A stretch of 64,000 nucleotides of DNA from Zancudomyces culisetae HAW-14-8 (Eukaryota; Fungi; Kickxellomycota). A model generated the notes under the pieces. The model saw nothing but the letters and a program-made list of their open reading frames with translations. It did no database searches and was not told the origin of the DNA. The stretch is from NCBI GenBank assembly GCA_052426225.1, contig JBNJNM010000010.1:868001-932000 (forward strand). The letters run 5' to 3'. Each line of letters starts with the position of its first letter. Position 1 is the stretch's first letter. Positions 37,571-50,355 of this stretch are shown in pieces. The position numbers and the translations under genes were made by a program.

Positions 37571-37741
37571 TGTCATGAGTGTTATACCCAAGTACTTATT
37601 AGTTAAATTATAATAATATATTTTATTGCTAAAAATTCAAAAGCAATAAAGTCTTAATTTCATAAATACTAAAATAATTGAACAAAAAAAAATACCTGAA
37701 AATTTAACCAATTAAATTAATGACATGATTGGATCATCACA
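37571..37741 (-). mobile_element. 171-bp reduced LTR (family E-like) in the Gypsy 2 RT
   Basis: TGTCATGA...TCATCACA; RT reads HLE|(E)VFELIRK across it; degenerate TSD ATTCT/CCTCT. Confidence 0.7.
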
Positions 37742-39526
37742 CCTCTAAATGTTTAGAATGTTCTTCTGCAGTTTTCAAAAATTTAATTATATCACCCACA
37801 AACACGATAGCCGTTCTCCAAAGAACAGGAGCAAGGACCGTCTCCATAGTGCGTTGGAAAGTAGCGGGGCTGTTTGTTAAGCCGAAAGGCATGACATTAA
37901 ACTGATAGCTCCCACTTCCGGGTATTGCAAATGCGGTTAATGTTTTATCTCTTTCCTGCATCTTGATCTGCCAAAAGCCACTCATGGCATCGAGTGTGCT
38001 GAATATTGCAGATCCCGAGAGTGCAATGAAAATGTAATCAATCACTGGTAAGGGATATGTGTCTTTTTTAGTAATTAAATTTAATTATTTATAATCTACT
38101 CATATTCGCATTAGGCCATTATTTTTAAATACTATAACAATAGGCGAACACCATTCTGAGACACATGGTGATATTATTTTTTGTTGTTCCATAACAGTAA
38201 GTTCAAGTCTAACCTTCTCTAACAATCTGTGTGGAATTCGGTAAAGCCTTTGCTTTATTGGTTTATTTTCCGTCAATTCAATTTTGTGCTCTGATACTTA
38301 TGTACTTGTAAGTTGGGAAATGTCGTTGACAAATATATCTGTATATTGATCAACAATCATGTCGTATACTGGTTTATTAGCAGCTGCTTCTAAATCTGGA
38401 GGGTCCTTAATGACAAGATATATTTCCGCTTCATTTTCCTCTAACAGTTTATATGAAGTAGTCAAAATCTTAGTAGTAACCTCAGCCTGCTCAATAGGTA
38501 AGCGTAGCTCTTGTGATTTCATGTTGAGGGTTATCTGATGCCGCAACATCCAATCTGTCCCAATAATGAGAGTATCGTCTTGTCTGTCCATTACAATTAA
38601 ATCTATTGGATATTCTATTTTTGAGATTTTTAGCTGAACTCCATAGATTTTTCCGAGCGTTGCGTGCTTTTTTCCATCAGCTGTAACTACAACTTGGTTT
38701 GTCTGTTCCTGAACCTGTAAACCTAAGTCTTCAAAGAGATTTGCAGAAATAACCGAACAAGCAGCCCCAGTATCGATAACTCACCACAGATGGCGATTGA
38801 ATATCTTACTAAGTCTTTGCAGTTAGTTACTTTATTCTCGAGAGTACCAATTTCATCTACTTCTTGAACGTTGTCTTTCTTGATGTGGTTTAATAAAAGC
38901 TTAGCTTGTGTGGGCGACTTTTCGATCAACTGAAGTAAGTTTATTTTAACATATAGTCTTTCTATTTCTTCTAAAATTGAAAATCCCTTATGTTTATTGG
39001 CAGCTGAAATAATAGAAGGGTTGCCGGATTTCGGAGCATTTTTTGGGTCTTCGGTTATTATGTCCACTACAGCTTCCGTGTTTCTTGCTTCTAACCTTGG
39101 TCTACCGACTCGGCGACTACTGGATTTATCAGCTAGTGAGTTGACTTCCGTTTTTCCAGAGCGTACAACTCTTCCTTAGACTCTGCTTCTTCGACTAAAT
39201 CAAGTAAGTTGATATGCTGGTCCTTTTCCTTTACGTCTTCAGATGGTTGTGCATTGGCTTTCCACTTAGGGCAATCATATTTCTTGTGATAGCCGTTGTG
39301 GCAGATGTAGCATTCCTTCATACGTGTTTGACTAAAGAACTTTCTGCGATCCTCGGACTCTTTCAATCTTTTATCAACCACCTCATCGAGTTTAGAGATA
39401 ATGTTTACCGTGGCTTCGTTAAACTTTTTCATCAGTTGGGTATAAGCAAATGAGTCCTTAGTCAGCTCCTTTACAGTTTTACCTGCCTTTGACGCGGCAT
39501 TTCTTACTGTATCTTTCGATCTTGAT

Positions 39527-40375
39527 TGTCAAGAATGGCCAATTCCCGGAACATAATTTGTAGTTACAATTTGGCCTACTAAAAATCTAACTTATTTTAA
39601 TATTTCATTACCGGTTTTCTAATATGCCATTCCGACATTGGAATCGAGTTTGCAAATTTCACCATGAATTTTCTGATTTTATTATTGGGAAAATTTACTA
39701 AGAAAAATCAAGAAATTTTCCAATAATTTCTTCGACAAAAAACCTATATAAAATTGGATATACCAAATCCATGAAAAAATTGGATAAACCAAATCCTTGA
39801 TAAAATTGATAAATAAAATCAACGCTAAAATTGATAAATAAAATCAATGATAAAATCGATAAACAAAATCAATGCTAAAATCGATAAACAAAATCAACGC
39901 TAAAATCGATTAACAAAAACCATGATAAAATCAATAAACAAAAACCATGATAAAATCGATAAACAAAATCAATGCTAAAATCGATAAACAAAAACTATGA
40001 TAAAATCAATAAACAATATCATTGTTAAAATTGATATACTAAATCAATGTTAAAATTGATAAACAAAAACTATGATAAAATCAACAAATGAAAATTACAA
40101 GTTTCAGATAAGTAGATACCTTAAACTAGTTCAATATTACATAGTCAAATTTTATAGCTAAGATTTTTGACTTTAAGTTTTTCTTCACAGTAAAATTCTC
40201 TGATGAAAAATTATATAAACCCTTCGAAATTCCGTTGGGATACATCGGAGAAAAATAATATTTATCAACACATTAAATATTATATTTTTCTAAATACTTA
40301 CTTCTCCCTAAATAAATATTAATCAAGCATAACACATCTCTACTCCAAGTTATAAGCAGCTCATTGTTTATTACA
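39527..40375 (+). mobile_element. Solo LTR, family B (recombinant; flanks unmatched)
   Basis: Homologous end to end with 8494-9269; flanks TTGAT and AGAAG. Confidence 0.9.
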
Positions 40376-41017
40376 AGAAGAATATGAAGTTGAGAAAATC
40401 CTAGATAGTAAAATATTTGGTAGAACTGTCAAATACCTGGTACACTGGAAAGAATACCCAGACACTGAACGTACCTGGCAAACATATTCTGACTTAGCAA
40501 ATGCAAAATATCTTGTCACTGAATTCCATCGTCATCATCCTGAAAAATCAAAGCCACCACAAATGCTTCACGGAGCTCAGCCTTAAGAGGGGAGGTCGTG
40601 TCATGGACTGATTCTAGAACGTTTTTGAACATTCTAGAATCATCTGTTTTTATTCCGCAGTAATGTTTAGAATGTTGGGAAACATTCTAGAACATTACCG
40701 AAAATTCACATTATTTATTAATTTTTCTTACGTAATAATTTTCACATGTTTAATTTTATTAGCATTCGAGTTTGATTTTTGTTTGATTACTAATCCAATT
40801 TGATTAGTAATCAAACACGTTTTTCTTTAACTTGCATTTTTAGCTATTCTGCAGTTTTCATATTGATTTTGTTCAAAAACCAAGGCTGGAAAAAAGTATA
40901 AAAAGGGTACAATTTTCCTGTCATGGATTCAGTATCTAGTATCTAGTATCTTGTATACATTCATACTATAAAATTTAATAATAATTAATATAACTCTCTA
41001 GACTCCAGATCTTGACA
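40376..41017 (+). mobile_element. 3' end of a chromovirus: integrase chromodomain, PPT and 3' LTR (family C, 40599-41017)
   Basis: EEYEVEKILDSKIFGRTVKYLVHWKEYPDTERTW, then stop, AAGAGGGGAGG, then TGTCATGG...CTTGACA. Confidence 0.92.
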
Positions 41018-41779
41018 AATTTTTATTCTCATTTATTAACCTACATTTTATATAAGCAAGTATAACACTTTCTAACCAATTAACTTTTTACAATATGAAT
41101 ATTTAGTACCACACACGTAATAGTTAGTAAATCTTTGGTGAACGTGGTTATATTAATATTAATTAATTATAATACATTTCTTTTTATATGACAATATTAA
41201 TAATTAGCAATTATGAATAAGAGATAATATCATGTCTGTTCCAGTTTCAGGAGCTTGGCCCAAATATCAAGACCAATCTACATCTTCATACACATGTTAC
41301 TAAAGTCGTGTTAAGTACTATTGTTTGTATTTAATGATAGATAATATAATTTAGTGAAAAATAAACATTTATAATGATAAATAATTTCACTGCTTCTTCA
41401 ATTCACGTTTTCGTCGAGGTTTAAATAATTGAATATGTTAGTATAAATATCCTTAAATATCAATTCTAGGAAACTTATAACATTAGTTGAAGTTTATGAA
41501 TGGATGATTAACTTCCTGATTGTTCCCAGCGATGTAAATCCTTTTGGAAAAGTATTTCTAGATTGTAAAGTGGTAACTACCACGTTACCATGATAATTTA
41601 AAAATTTTAACTGTTTCATTGCATGTTCTCGTTCCAATTATGTTAAACTAATTTTATAATTTAACTAACTCTGGGTAAAATATTAATTTGAGCTAATGAT
41701 TAAATCACAAAGTCGGGAAGATAAAGGTCAAAATATACAAATATATGTCAGTAAATAAAATATAAATGATATTGGCAGA

Positions 41780-42874
41780 TACAGCATCAACAAAAACACA
41801 GATGTGAATTGAGAACATGCATCAACGCATGAACTTTCCAGGAAAACCAGAACAATCCTGATACAAAGAAACAGGCCAATTTTGGAAACAGGAAGATGTC
41901 AGAACTAATGAACAAGAGAATAGCAACAACAGATAGAAAAAGAAAACCGTATTTCTCGAGCGCCAGCAGCAAGGATCTGGAAACACCGGATACCAAGACC
42001 AGTCTGCGCACAGGCGCAAACACACATGGAGGCCAGGCAACCAAGTACAAGAGCAAGCCAGCAGTCAGGCAGCAGGCCGACAAAGTACTACAAGCCAAGA
42101 GCACCAGCTAAAACCAGGTCCAAAGGCAATAAAAATAGAATCATCCAGAGCCAAGCCGCAAAAACAAACAGCGAGAAGCAGGAATCCAAACAGAAAATGG
42201 TTGCGAGGCAGGGACCCAAACAGACACTCGGCGGTCGCCTGACAAGGTTTCTGTCAGCATGAATGTCGATGAATAACAACCGCTGGTGCTGGCTGGTAAT
42301 TAGCCAAGATTTGAAAAACTTTTCATGGAATTGGGTTTATTTCGAATTAAACTGTCCGGGGATCGGGAACCTCGTGCAAAATAATAACCAAGTGGTTATC
42401 AAAAAAAAACCCCGATTTTGGCTGCCGCATCATAGGCGCTACAACTGGGCTCAACGCTTCCTTCGGGAGCGCCGGTTCAAGTTAAGCGATCGACCTAGAG
42501 GTCGCGACCCTTTAAAAAAAAAAGGCAATTGTAAGAGTCGCCGAGTATACCCCATGGTTAAATTCCCTGTTGTTCTATATTCCCAAGAAGAACGGGAAGC
42601 TGAGGCCGATCCTCGACCTCAGACGCTTGAACCAATACGTGGTCAAGCAAAAGTTCAAAATGGAGTCCCTGTCCTGCATATGCCAACTGGTCAGGAAGGG
42701 CGGTTACATGACATCGCTGGACCTATAAAATGCATTCCAGCACTTCAGGATCGCAGAAAAGTCATTAAGGCTTAAGATCATTTTGGTAGAATGAGAATTA
42801 TCATTTCTGGGTGCACGCTTTTGGACTGACGGCACCGCCATTCGTATTCACGAATGTGATTAGGCCAATAATAG
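41780..42874 (+). mobile_element. Degenerate DIRS-like retroelement fragment (gag end and RT start)
   Basis: LGGRLTRFLSA(W), PKKNGKLRPILDLRRLNQYV, FKMESL, YMTSLDL and FGLTAPPFVFT match the DIRS RT at 59260-58700. Confidence 0.85.
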
Positions 42875-43138
42875 TGTCATGAACTGATTCTAAATGTTCT
42901 AAAACGTAATTGAATTATCTATTTCATCCTTAGCAATGATGTCGATTGTTGAGAAACATTTAAAACATTTTCATAAAACCCAATGATAATATTTCAATAA
43001 CCTATATTAGTACCATTTTGGCTATATTATAGATTCTATATTTTTGAATTTTAGAAATAATGTTAAGAACATTTTACTGCATATAAACTCCAATTTTTTC
43101 TAAATATTCAAAATTTAAAAGATTTTGTATTCTTGACA
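42875..43138 (+). mobile_element. Degenerate LTR, family C-like
   Basis: TGTCATGAACTGATTCTA...TCTTGACA. Confidence 0.65.
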
Positions 43139-43139
43139 G

Positions 43140-43621
43140 TTTGAAACTATATGAATACACGTGTTCATAACAATATTGTTTATAAAATACAAAATTAATT
43201 AATTAATATTTATGATTTTAATGTTTATCATTAAAATATTTAAATATAAGTTTATATTTAATTAGAATTTAATAATTAATTTAAGATATTAATATTGATA
43301 CTCATGTTCAATATAAATTGAAACATCATTTATATCATGTATATATATGATGAATTCTTAATAATGTATTATAATTAGTTTGCTAAAAAGTTTTAGTTTA
43401 TATTAAGTTTTAATACAAACTTAATTGTATAAAGAGATAAAAATATATTTCTTGAACAATATGTTTGTCAATCTCGTTTAACAAGAATAAAGATATTATT
43501 AACTAATAATATAATCATACTGTGTGTTTTAAACTAGTATAATTTATAATTACTTTTATTAATTAACTGTGTGTTAAATAGTTAATACCATCATTATTGT
43601 GTATAATATTGGTATCATACA
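43140..43621. mobile_element. Solo LTR, family F (inverted copy)
   Basis: Reverse complement of 34678-35160, e.g. ctgtgtgttttaaactagtataat. Confidence 0.75.
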
Positions 43622-44591
43622 CTGGCTTCCTAAAGTAAATTTAGAAGAGGTGGGAGGCTCCGGTGCTCGCTTTCGCTTGCGCACATTAACTGCTTATAAC
43701 CGTACATTCTCACCAGCTGATTTGTCTTCTCCCTGACGATCTTAGAGCAACTCGATTATTTTTAAGAGAGTTGGTTCGATTTTAATTTTTCATTTCGTCA
43801 GGGGGAAGTTGGCATATTTATACTTATTTTTTTTTTTTTTAAAGTTTGTAAGTTTTGTAAATTTTTAGTGTCTTTCTATTCGGATATAATAAATATGTTT
43901 TATTTTGATTAGGATTAGATTTTATTATTTTTTTTTGAGATAAATTAATCAAAACTAATTAAAATTTGATATGATATTTTCATAAAATTTTTCTGCAATC
44001 GCTCAGCGGATATGTTTTCACTTGGCTTCCAAGTTCTTTATGTGATGTCGTATCCTTTCCAATGTACTAAATAGTATTTTTTATTCTTAAGATTTTTGAG
44101 TCCAGGATTTTTTCAATTTCGTATTCTAGTTCATTATTGACGATTATTGGTTCAGGAGGTTCGGGAAATACAGAAATCACTGGAGGTGAGTATTTATCCA
44201 ATTGTGAAACATGAAAGACTGGGTGAATTTTCATTGAGACGGGGAGGTCAAGTTTGTAACTAAATCACTAAGCTTTTCTTTAATTTTGAATGGTCCAATT
44301 TACTTATAGTCCAGTTTTTTAATAAGCCTAGGTGTCTGAATATTATTTGATAGAAGCCAAACTTTTTCATCCTATAGTATTTCAGGATTTTTTCTTCATT
44401 TCCTGTCGGCAGATTTCTTGAAGGCTGATGAAGCGAATGTGATTTGCTTATAAGTTTCTTTCCAAATCTGGTGGATTTGATTGATCCTTTCCTCAACTGA
44501 AGGCATAACATGGTTATTGATTAAAGGTGGATCAAAGCGTGGGTGGTATCCATAGTTGATGAAGAACAGGGATGATCAGTAGATTCGTGAG

Positions 44592-45000
44592 TGTCAGGAC
44601 CTGACAACTAAGTATTATTTTATTTTATATTATTTAGTTATTTAAAGTAGTATATATCTTGTGAAGATATTTTATTGCTGAAGTTCTCTTTCAATAAAAT
44701 CTATGGCTATATATACTTTTCCAAAACTACTAAAAAACTATGAAAAACATTGTTATAACTATATAGAAAATTCTAGAATGTTAGAATTCTAGATTGATTA
44801 CTAATCAATTTATTAGTAATGTAAAACGTGTAATTGCGCAGCAAAATGTCGTAATTTTAACACGTATCTAAATTACCTAATCTACTGCGCAATCAACAAA
44901 ATTAAATTTCCCAAAATGATTTTTGACAAAATTGCGCAGCAATTTAGTAATTAAATACAACACGTGTATTTAATTACAAATGGCATGATAAATCATGACA
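44592..45000 (-). mobile_element. Solo LTR, family E-like, in the integrase of element 3
   Basis: TGTCAGG...CATGACA with perfect TSD GTGAG. Confidence 0.9.
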
Positions 45001-48000
45001 GTGAGTAGAGTTGTTGTAGGCAAATTCTGCCAATGGCAGAAGATCTGTCCAATTATCTTGTTGATATGACAAGAAACAACGGAGATACTGTTCCAGAGTC
45101 TGATCGACTCTTTCGGTTTGTCCATCAGTTTCAGGATGGAACGCTGTTGAGAGCTTAATTTTGACACCTAAAGTGTTGAAAAGAGCTTTCCAAAACTTTG
45201 ATGCAAACTGAGAGCCTCGATCAGAGATGATCTCTTCAGGTAAACCGTGGAGTCTGATGATGTTATTAAGGATGATTTCATAAGTTTCCATAGATGAAGG
45301 CAGTTTCTTTAGTGGTATAAAATGGTTCATTTTACTGAACCGATCTACAACCACTAAAATTGTAGTGTTCCCTTTTGAAGGGGGTAACTCTGTGATGAAA
45401 TCCATTGAGATAGATTTCCATGGCGAATCAGGAGCAGGATATAGCTGAAGAAGTCCTTGCTTTTTCTTCCTTGAGGTCTTGGATCGGTTGCATCTGTCGC
45501 ATCCTGCGATGAATTCTTTGTCAGAACGATGCATATGTGGGAACCAGAAGTCTCTTTTTAGTAGTTCTACAGTCTTTTTGTATCCATAGTGACCTGTTAA
45601 ACTGCTATCATGCCTTGAGCTGATCACTTTGAAGACTGATGCTTTAGGCACAATGACTAAATTTCCAAGAGTAATGAGATTGTCTGGTGTTGATCCTACA
45701 GCGAGATGTTTTTTAGCTGCTTCTGTTTCTGCCCTTTTAGTTAATTCTATTCGCTCATTTTGTGTTTGTAGGACGAGATCATCTAGGAGAAACGGATTGG
45801 TGGTTATTAGACTGTCGATAAAAACTGAGGCTGGGAGTATTTTTAGTCTTGTAGCGTGCGATCATGATCATAGTAACGTGATAAAATGTCAGGCTTTCCA
45901 CCAAGCTTTCCAGGCCTATAGGTGATCACAAAGTCGTATCTGCTGAACTCCAATGACCATCTTGCGTGGCGCCTATTGAGTACCTTTGAGGTTTTGAAAG
46001 TCTCCAGGTTCTTGTGGTCTGTTAGAACAATGAACTGGTGTCGAGCGCCTTCCAAGTAATGTCTCCATTCCTTAAGTGCCTTTACTATTCCTAGTAATTC
46101 CTTGTCATAAACATTATATTTAAGCTCGGCTGCCTTGAGTTTGTAGGAATAATAAGCACAGGGGCGGAAGTCACCTTTCTCGTCGGCTTGCGACAGAATT
46201 GCACCAATGGCATAGTCTGATGCGTCAGTCTCAACTATGAACTGCTTACCGGGGTCAGGATACTGTAACACGGGTGAAGTCGTAAGCATGGTTTTCAGGG
46301 TGTCATATGACTTTTGCTGATCAGGACCCCAAATGAACTTGATGTCTTTTTTCAGCAGATTTGTCATCGGCAACGTGATTTGAGCATACTCAGGGATGAA
46401 CTTCCTATAGTAGTTAGCAAATCCCAGGACAGATTGGATATCCTTGCAATCCTTGGGAACTTTTCATTTGTGGATTGACTGGATCTTGGCGGGATCGGTA
46501 CTGATTCCATTTGAAGTCACGCGGTGTCCTAAGAAATCCACTTCCTGCTTATGGAATTCGCATTTTTCCAAGTTGCAGTACAATCCATTGGCCAGTAGTT
46601 TGTTCAAGACTTTATTGACATGAGAGATGTGCTCTTGGAAATTGTCGGAAAATATCAGAATGTCATCAAGGTAAGCGATGGCGTAACGATCAAGCACATC
46701 TCTTAGAACATCATTGATGAAATGTTGGAAAGTCGCGGGCGCATTTGTCAGGCCAAAAGGCATGACATTGTATTCAAAATGCCCGTAACGACAACTGAAC
46801 GCGGTCTTCCATTCGTCCCCCTTCCTGATCCTGACTAGATTATAAGCACCTTTCAAATCTAGTTTGGTGAAATATTTGGCAGATCTAAGCCTATCAAAGG
46901 CTTCATCGATCCTGGGCAGAGGGTATCTGTTTTTTATAGTCATATCGTTGAGCTTACGATAGTCTACACAAAGGTGGAGGTCACCAGATTTCTTCTTAAC
47001 GAACATGATTGGAGCACCAGCAGAGGATTTGGACTTTCTGATGAATCCATTTGCTAGGTTTTCAGTAATGTAGTCACGAAGAGTCAGGAGTTCCCTTTCA
47101 GATAATGGGTAAATAGGGCCCCATGGTGGTTTAGATTCATTTTTGATGTCGATTTGGCAGTCATATGATCTGCGAGGAGGGAGTTTAGAGGCTAGGGATA
47201 GGTCAAATACCTTGGCTAGAGAGGCATGTTCAGGTGGAATTTCAGGAATGTGACTGGTATCTGCAGATTTTTGTTCAGGAATTGACTGTAACAGCGGAAT
47301 ATCGGAACTTGGTGTCAGACTAGTTTAGTAATTTTTATCCATATAGTTTTTTTTTTACTGGTTTTTTTGATGTCAGTTAATAAAATTATTTGGTTGAATC
47401 GGAATAGTCAGGAGAGGCATTCCTATGTCAAATGCAGTAGATAAGGGTTCAGGCGGAGGCAAATCTTGTTGGGGTATAATATTAGGAGCTGGTGAACTTG
47501 AAATTTCAGGTTGGATAGGCAAGCTTTGAATACGAGTTACTGGAGGTGGTAAAGATACCATTGGTGTGGGTCGTCCCAGACGGGGTAAAAATGTCTCTTG
47601 AGGCTGATAATAACTGATCTGAGGAGAGGTCACGGTGGAATCAATGAGCGTTCTGAATATGATGAGTCTGAATCTGAATGGTATGTGGATACATGGCTGT
47701 CATCTGGCTGGTAGGCTTCAAGGTCATGATTGGCCTCTAAAACTTGGACTTGTGGTGTCTGAACGTGAGAAACGGGTACTTCAGTGTTGTGCTGTAATAT
47801 ATCGCTTGGGTCCATATTTTGCCAATGTATTGCTTCTGGCTGGGTATCATATAATCTTCCAAGGTCATCATTGGATTCGCTGTCAGAAGATGTATCGCTT
47901 TCTGAATATTCATCCGAATCATCTTGGCTTCTATCTTCTGAGTCCATACTGAAATCTGATTCGGATACGCTTATTCGGTCAACAATATTTTCTTCATCTA

Positions 48001-48485
48001 GTACTAATTTATCATCCATCAGCTGACTTAGTTTTTTGATATCATTTTTTGAAATTCTGCAGTTAGATCAAGGTTCAGATTGTTAACGGCTACAGTCTTA
48101 GATGTGGAGGACCTGGTCTTCAGGGTGAGCTTTTTCCAATTGATATCGGGGTTATGTTTTTGTAACCATGGGAGACCTAATACAATTTCGGCATGAGTGG
48201 CGGGTATCACGTATAGGTCCAAAGTGAAGTGGTATTTATTCTTAGTACTGAGCTTGATGTTGCGGGCTACTGCATTTATACCTGAATTTGTGAGTGGTTT
48301 CCCATCAATAGTTTCTACGGGAATCGGGGTTTTCAGATTTTCTATGGGCAAGGCTAATTGCTTTACGAGGTTTAGACTAATAAATTTTCTGATGCACCTG
48401 AATCAATTAGTGCATTAACAACTATCGAATTATTAATTATTAACTTTATTAAAAATTTATTAGCTTGGAATCCCTGTAAGGTGAG

Positions 48486-48530
48486 CCCCAGTAATACCTT
48501 GCCGGTTATTCCTGGGGTTCGACGTTTAAA
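48486..48530 (-). promoter_or_regulatory. Programmed -1 ribosomal frameshift signal (gag to pol)
   Basis: In-frame slippery heptamer T TTA AAC, 6-nt spacer, then stem CCCCAG...CTGGGG; the -1 frame runs into the protease DSGA. Confidence 0.8.
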
Positions 48531-49417
48531 TTTGGCTCTGATGGTCTTGGGACACGTAACGGACAATTTCTCAATATGTGGCCGGGTTGACCACAATAAA
48601 TGCAAAGGCTATTAAGGATACGTCTCTGGCGCTCTTCGGCTGTTAACGGTCCTCTAGGCTTTGGGACTACGGCATCAATGTCCATTGGCTCTGGCGTCTG
48701 AGGGCGGTACTGTCTTGGCTGGCGCTGGAAGTTCTGGTTCTGGTACGCGTGTTGCTGAAACTGATTTTGCTGGTAATTGTGGAACGGCTTGTTCATTGGC
48801 TGAAATGGTCTGGGCTGTCTTGGAAGCGGGTTTGCTGCTGGATATGGACTTCTGTACTCGGATTTGTTCATGTAGCTAAGGTTGGAATTAACTGTGTTTT
48901 CCAACTCAACTACTAGAGTTATTACTTCATCCAACTTTTCTGGCATTTTGGTAGCGATCAGATGTCGGGTAATCCTGTTACTTAGACCTCGCCTAAATAT
49001 GTCAATATTGGCGGCTTCACCAAAATCACATATTCTGGCCAAGTTCCTAAAGTCCACTGCGTAGGCCATAACGGAAAGAGTACCTTGCTTGAGTTGGTGG
49101 AGCTGCTGAACTGCACGTGACTTGTGGCCGGGATCTGAGAATCTGAGCTTGAAACTTTTCATAAACTCTTCATATGAGGACAAGAGTTTAGGTGCGGTTT
49201 CTGGGAGCTGGGCTTCGGATTCAAGAATATCGTCAAACCAAGTGGCGGCATGACCTGAGAAGTGAGCACTGATGAAAGCAATCTTTTTCTTGTCTGTAGG
49301 AAAAGCATCGGATTTTGCCCAAAACTGTCTGCGGATCTGAGCCATGAATGGAACAAATTGTTCCGCGGCTCCGGAAAAATTTTCAATTTCGGGTGTCTTT
49401 GGCTCGGCTTCACTCAT
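48506..49417 (-). CDS. Gag of chromovirus element 3, 303 aa
   Basis: Retrotransposon gag capsid motifs (LKQGTLSVMAYAVDF), PEPMDID, and CCHC knuckle CIYCGQPGHILRNC. Confidence 0.9.
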   Translation of the reverse strand: MSEAEPKTPEIENFSGAAEQFVPFMAQIRRQFWAKSDAFPTDKKKIAFISAHFSGHAATWFDDILESEAQLPETAPKLLSSYEEFMKSFKLRFSDPGHKSRAVQQLHQLKQGTLSVMAYAVDFRNLARICDFGEAANIDIFRRGLSNRITRHLIATKMPEKLDEVITLVVELENTVNSNLSYMNKSEYRSPYPAANPLPRQPRPFQPMNKPFHNYQQNQFQQHAYQNQNFQRQPRQYRPQTPEPMDIDAVVPKPRGPLTAEERQRRILNSLCIYCGQPGHILRNCPLRVPRPSEPNLNVEPQE

Positions 49418-49574
49418 AATACTTATGATATCTTGATTAATTTTTCCAACAAAACTAGACTGATTACCTAGGTTTAGGAAGAATTACAGTTAATCAAATG
49501 TTATTAATTAAATACTTATTAAATATTAGAACAAATGTTATGGGAGGTTAGATGTCAATTGATCGGCCATGACA

Positions 49575-49930
49575 CCGGGATGATATCATTATGGGAGTGA
49601 ATAGAAATTGAATGTAATCAAATAACAGTGGAAATAATACTTGGTCATATTGATAGTATGTTCAAAAGAGTTGAAGCAGTTATTAAGTCATAAGGCATGT
49701 GGTCAAAGTTTAAATGACATTATTTTAAAATCTCATAACTGTTACAATGTTATGATTATTTCATATATGATTTTCTTAATGATTTTTTTACCAATAAGTA
49801 TATATTTTATTCATACAAAATGCATTTATATACTATTGAAACTATTATTGAAATTAATAATGGAATAATAATGGATGAATTAAATTCATCTAAATTAATC
49901 TCAAAAATTGTTAAGTTTTGAAACTCACTT
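49575..49930 (+). mobile_element. 3' fragment of an older family-1 Tc1 element
   Basis: GMISLWE*IEIE...IDSMFKRVEAVIKS is homologous to 17740-17876; TIR remnant TTTTGAAACTCACT. Confidence 0.8.
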
Positions 49931-50355
49931 TTTTTTACACAAATATTTTTATCCTATAATCTATACAATATAATATTATATTATTTGTATTGTTATTTTT
50001 CTAAGGATTTAATTAAAAGTTGGAAATTTATCACTATTTGATGAGGTCTAAATTATAGTCAAAATAATTTAGTATTTGTTAGTCAATACACTATAGACAA
50101 AAATATTTTCTAATATATTTTCTAATTGTAGAAGTCGATCATATTTTTCGGTTTAGAAATATAATATTAATACAATACTTATATTTTAATAGTAAATATT
50201 TTTGATATTCTGTCATATACTCGCTAGATATATAATATGTTTATGTTGAAATTAATTGGTTCAAAATATATATTTTAGGTTTCCAATGTGATATATTTTA
50301 AATATAATAGTAATATAAAAATATAATATTTGCTAATATAGTTAATGTAAATTAG

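Larger units (their letters stand above)
34670..39526 (-). mobile_element. Ty3/Gypsy LTR retrotransposon 2 (related to element 1), degenerate and 5'-truncated
   Basis: gag CCHC (CYICHNGYHKKYDC), PR DTGA near 38770, RT 38045-37737, RNase H 37473-36601, IN 36607-35491 with WEGPY. PPT GGGGG at about 35482-35486; 3' LTR starts TGTCGTAT at 35478. Confidence 0.9.
43970..49574 (-). mobile_element. Chromoviral Ty3/Gypsy element 3 (Tcn1/Tf-like): intact gag, frameshifted pol, 3' LTR missing
   Basis: gag 49417-48506; PR DSGA; RT YLDD 47006-46464; RNase H 46373-45843; IN 45651-44260; chromodomain YLVHWKGY at about 44075-44050. Confidence 0.93.

Noticed and set aside
49418-49574. Tf1-type self-priming PBS for chromovirus 3
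   Set aside because: The 5' LTR appears deleted and its boundary cannot be fixed; the TTGATTAA/TTAATCAA match is too short.
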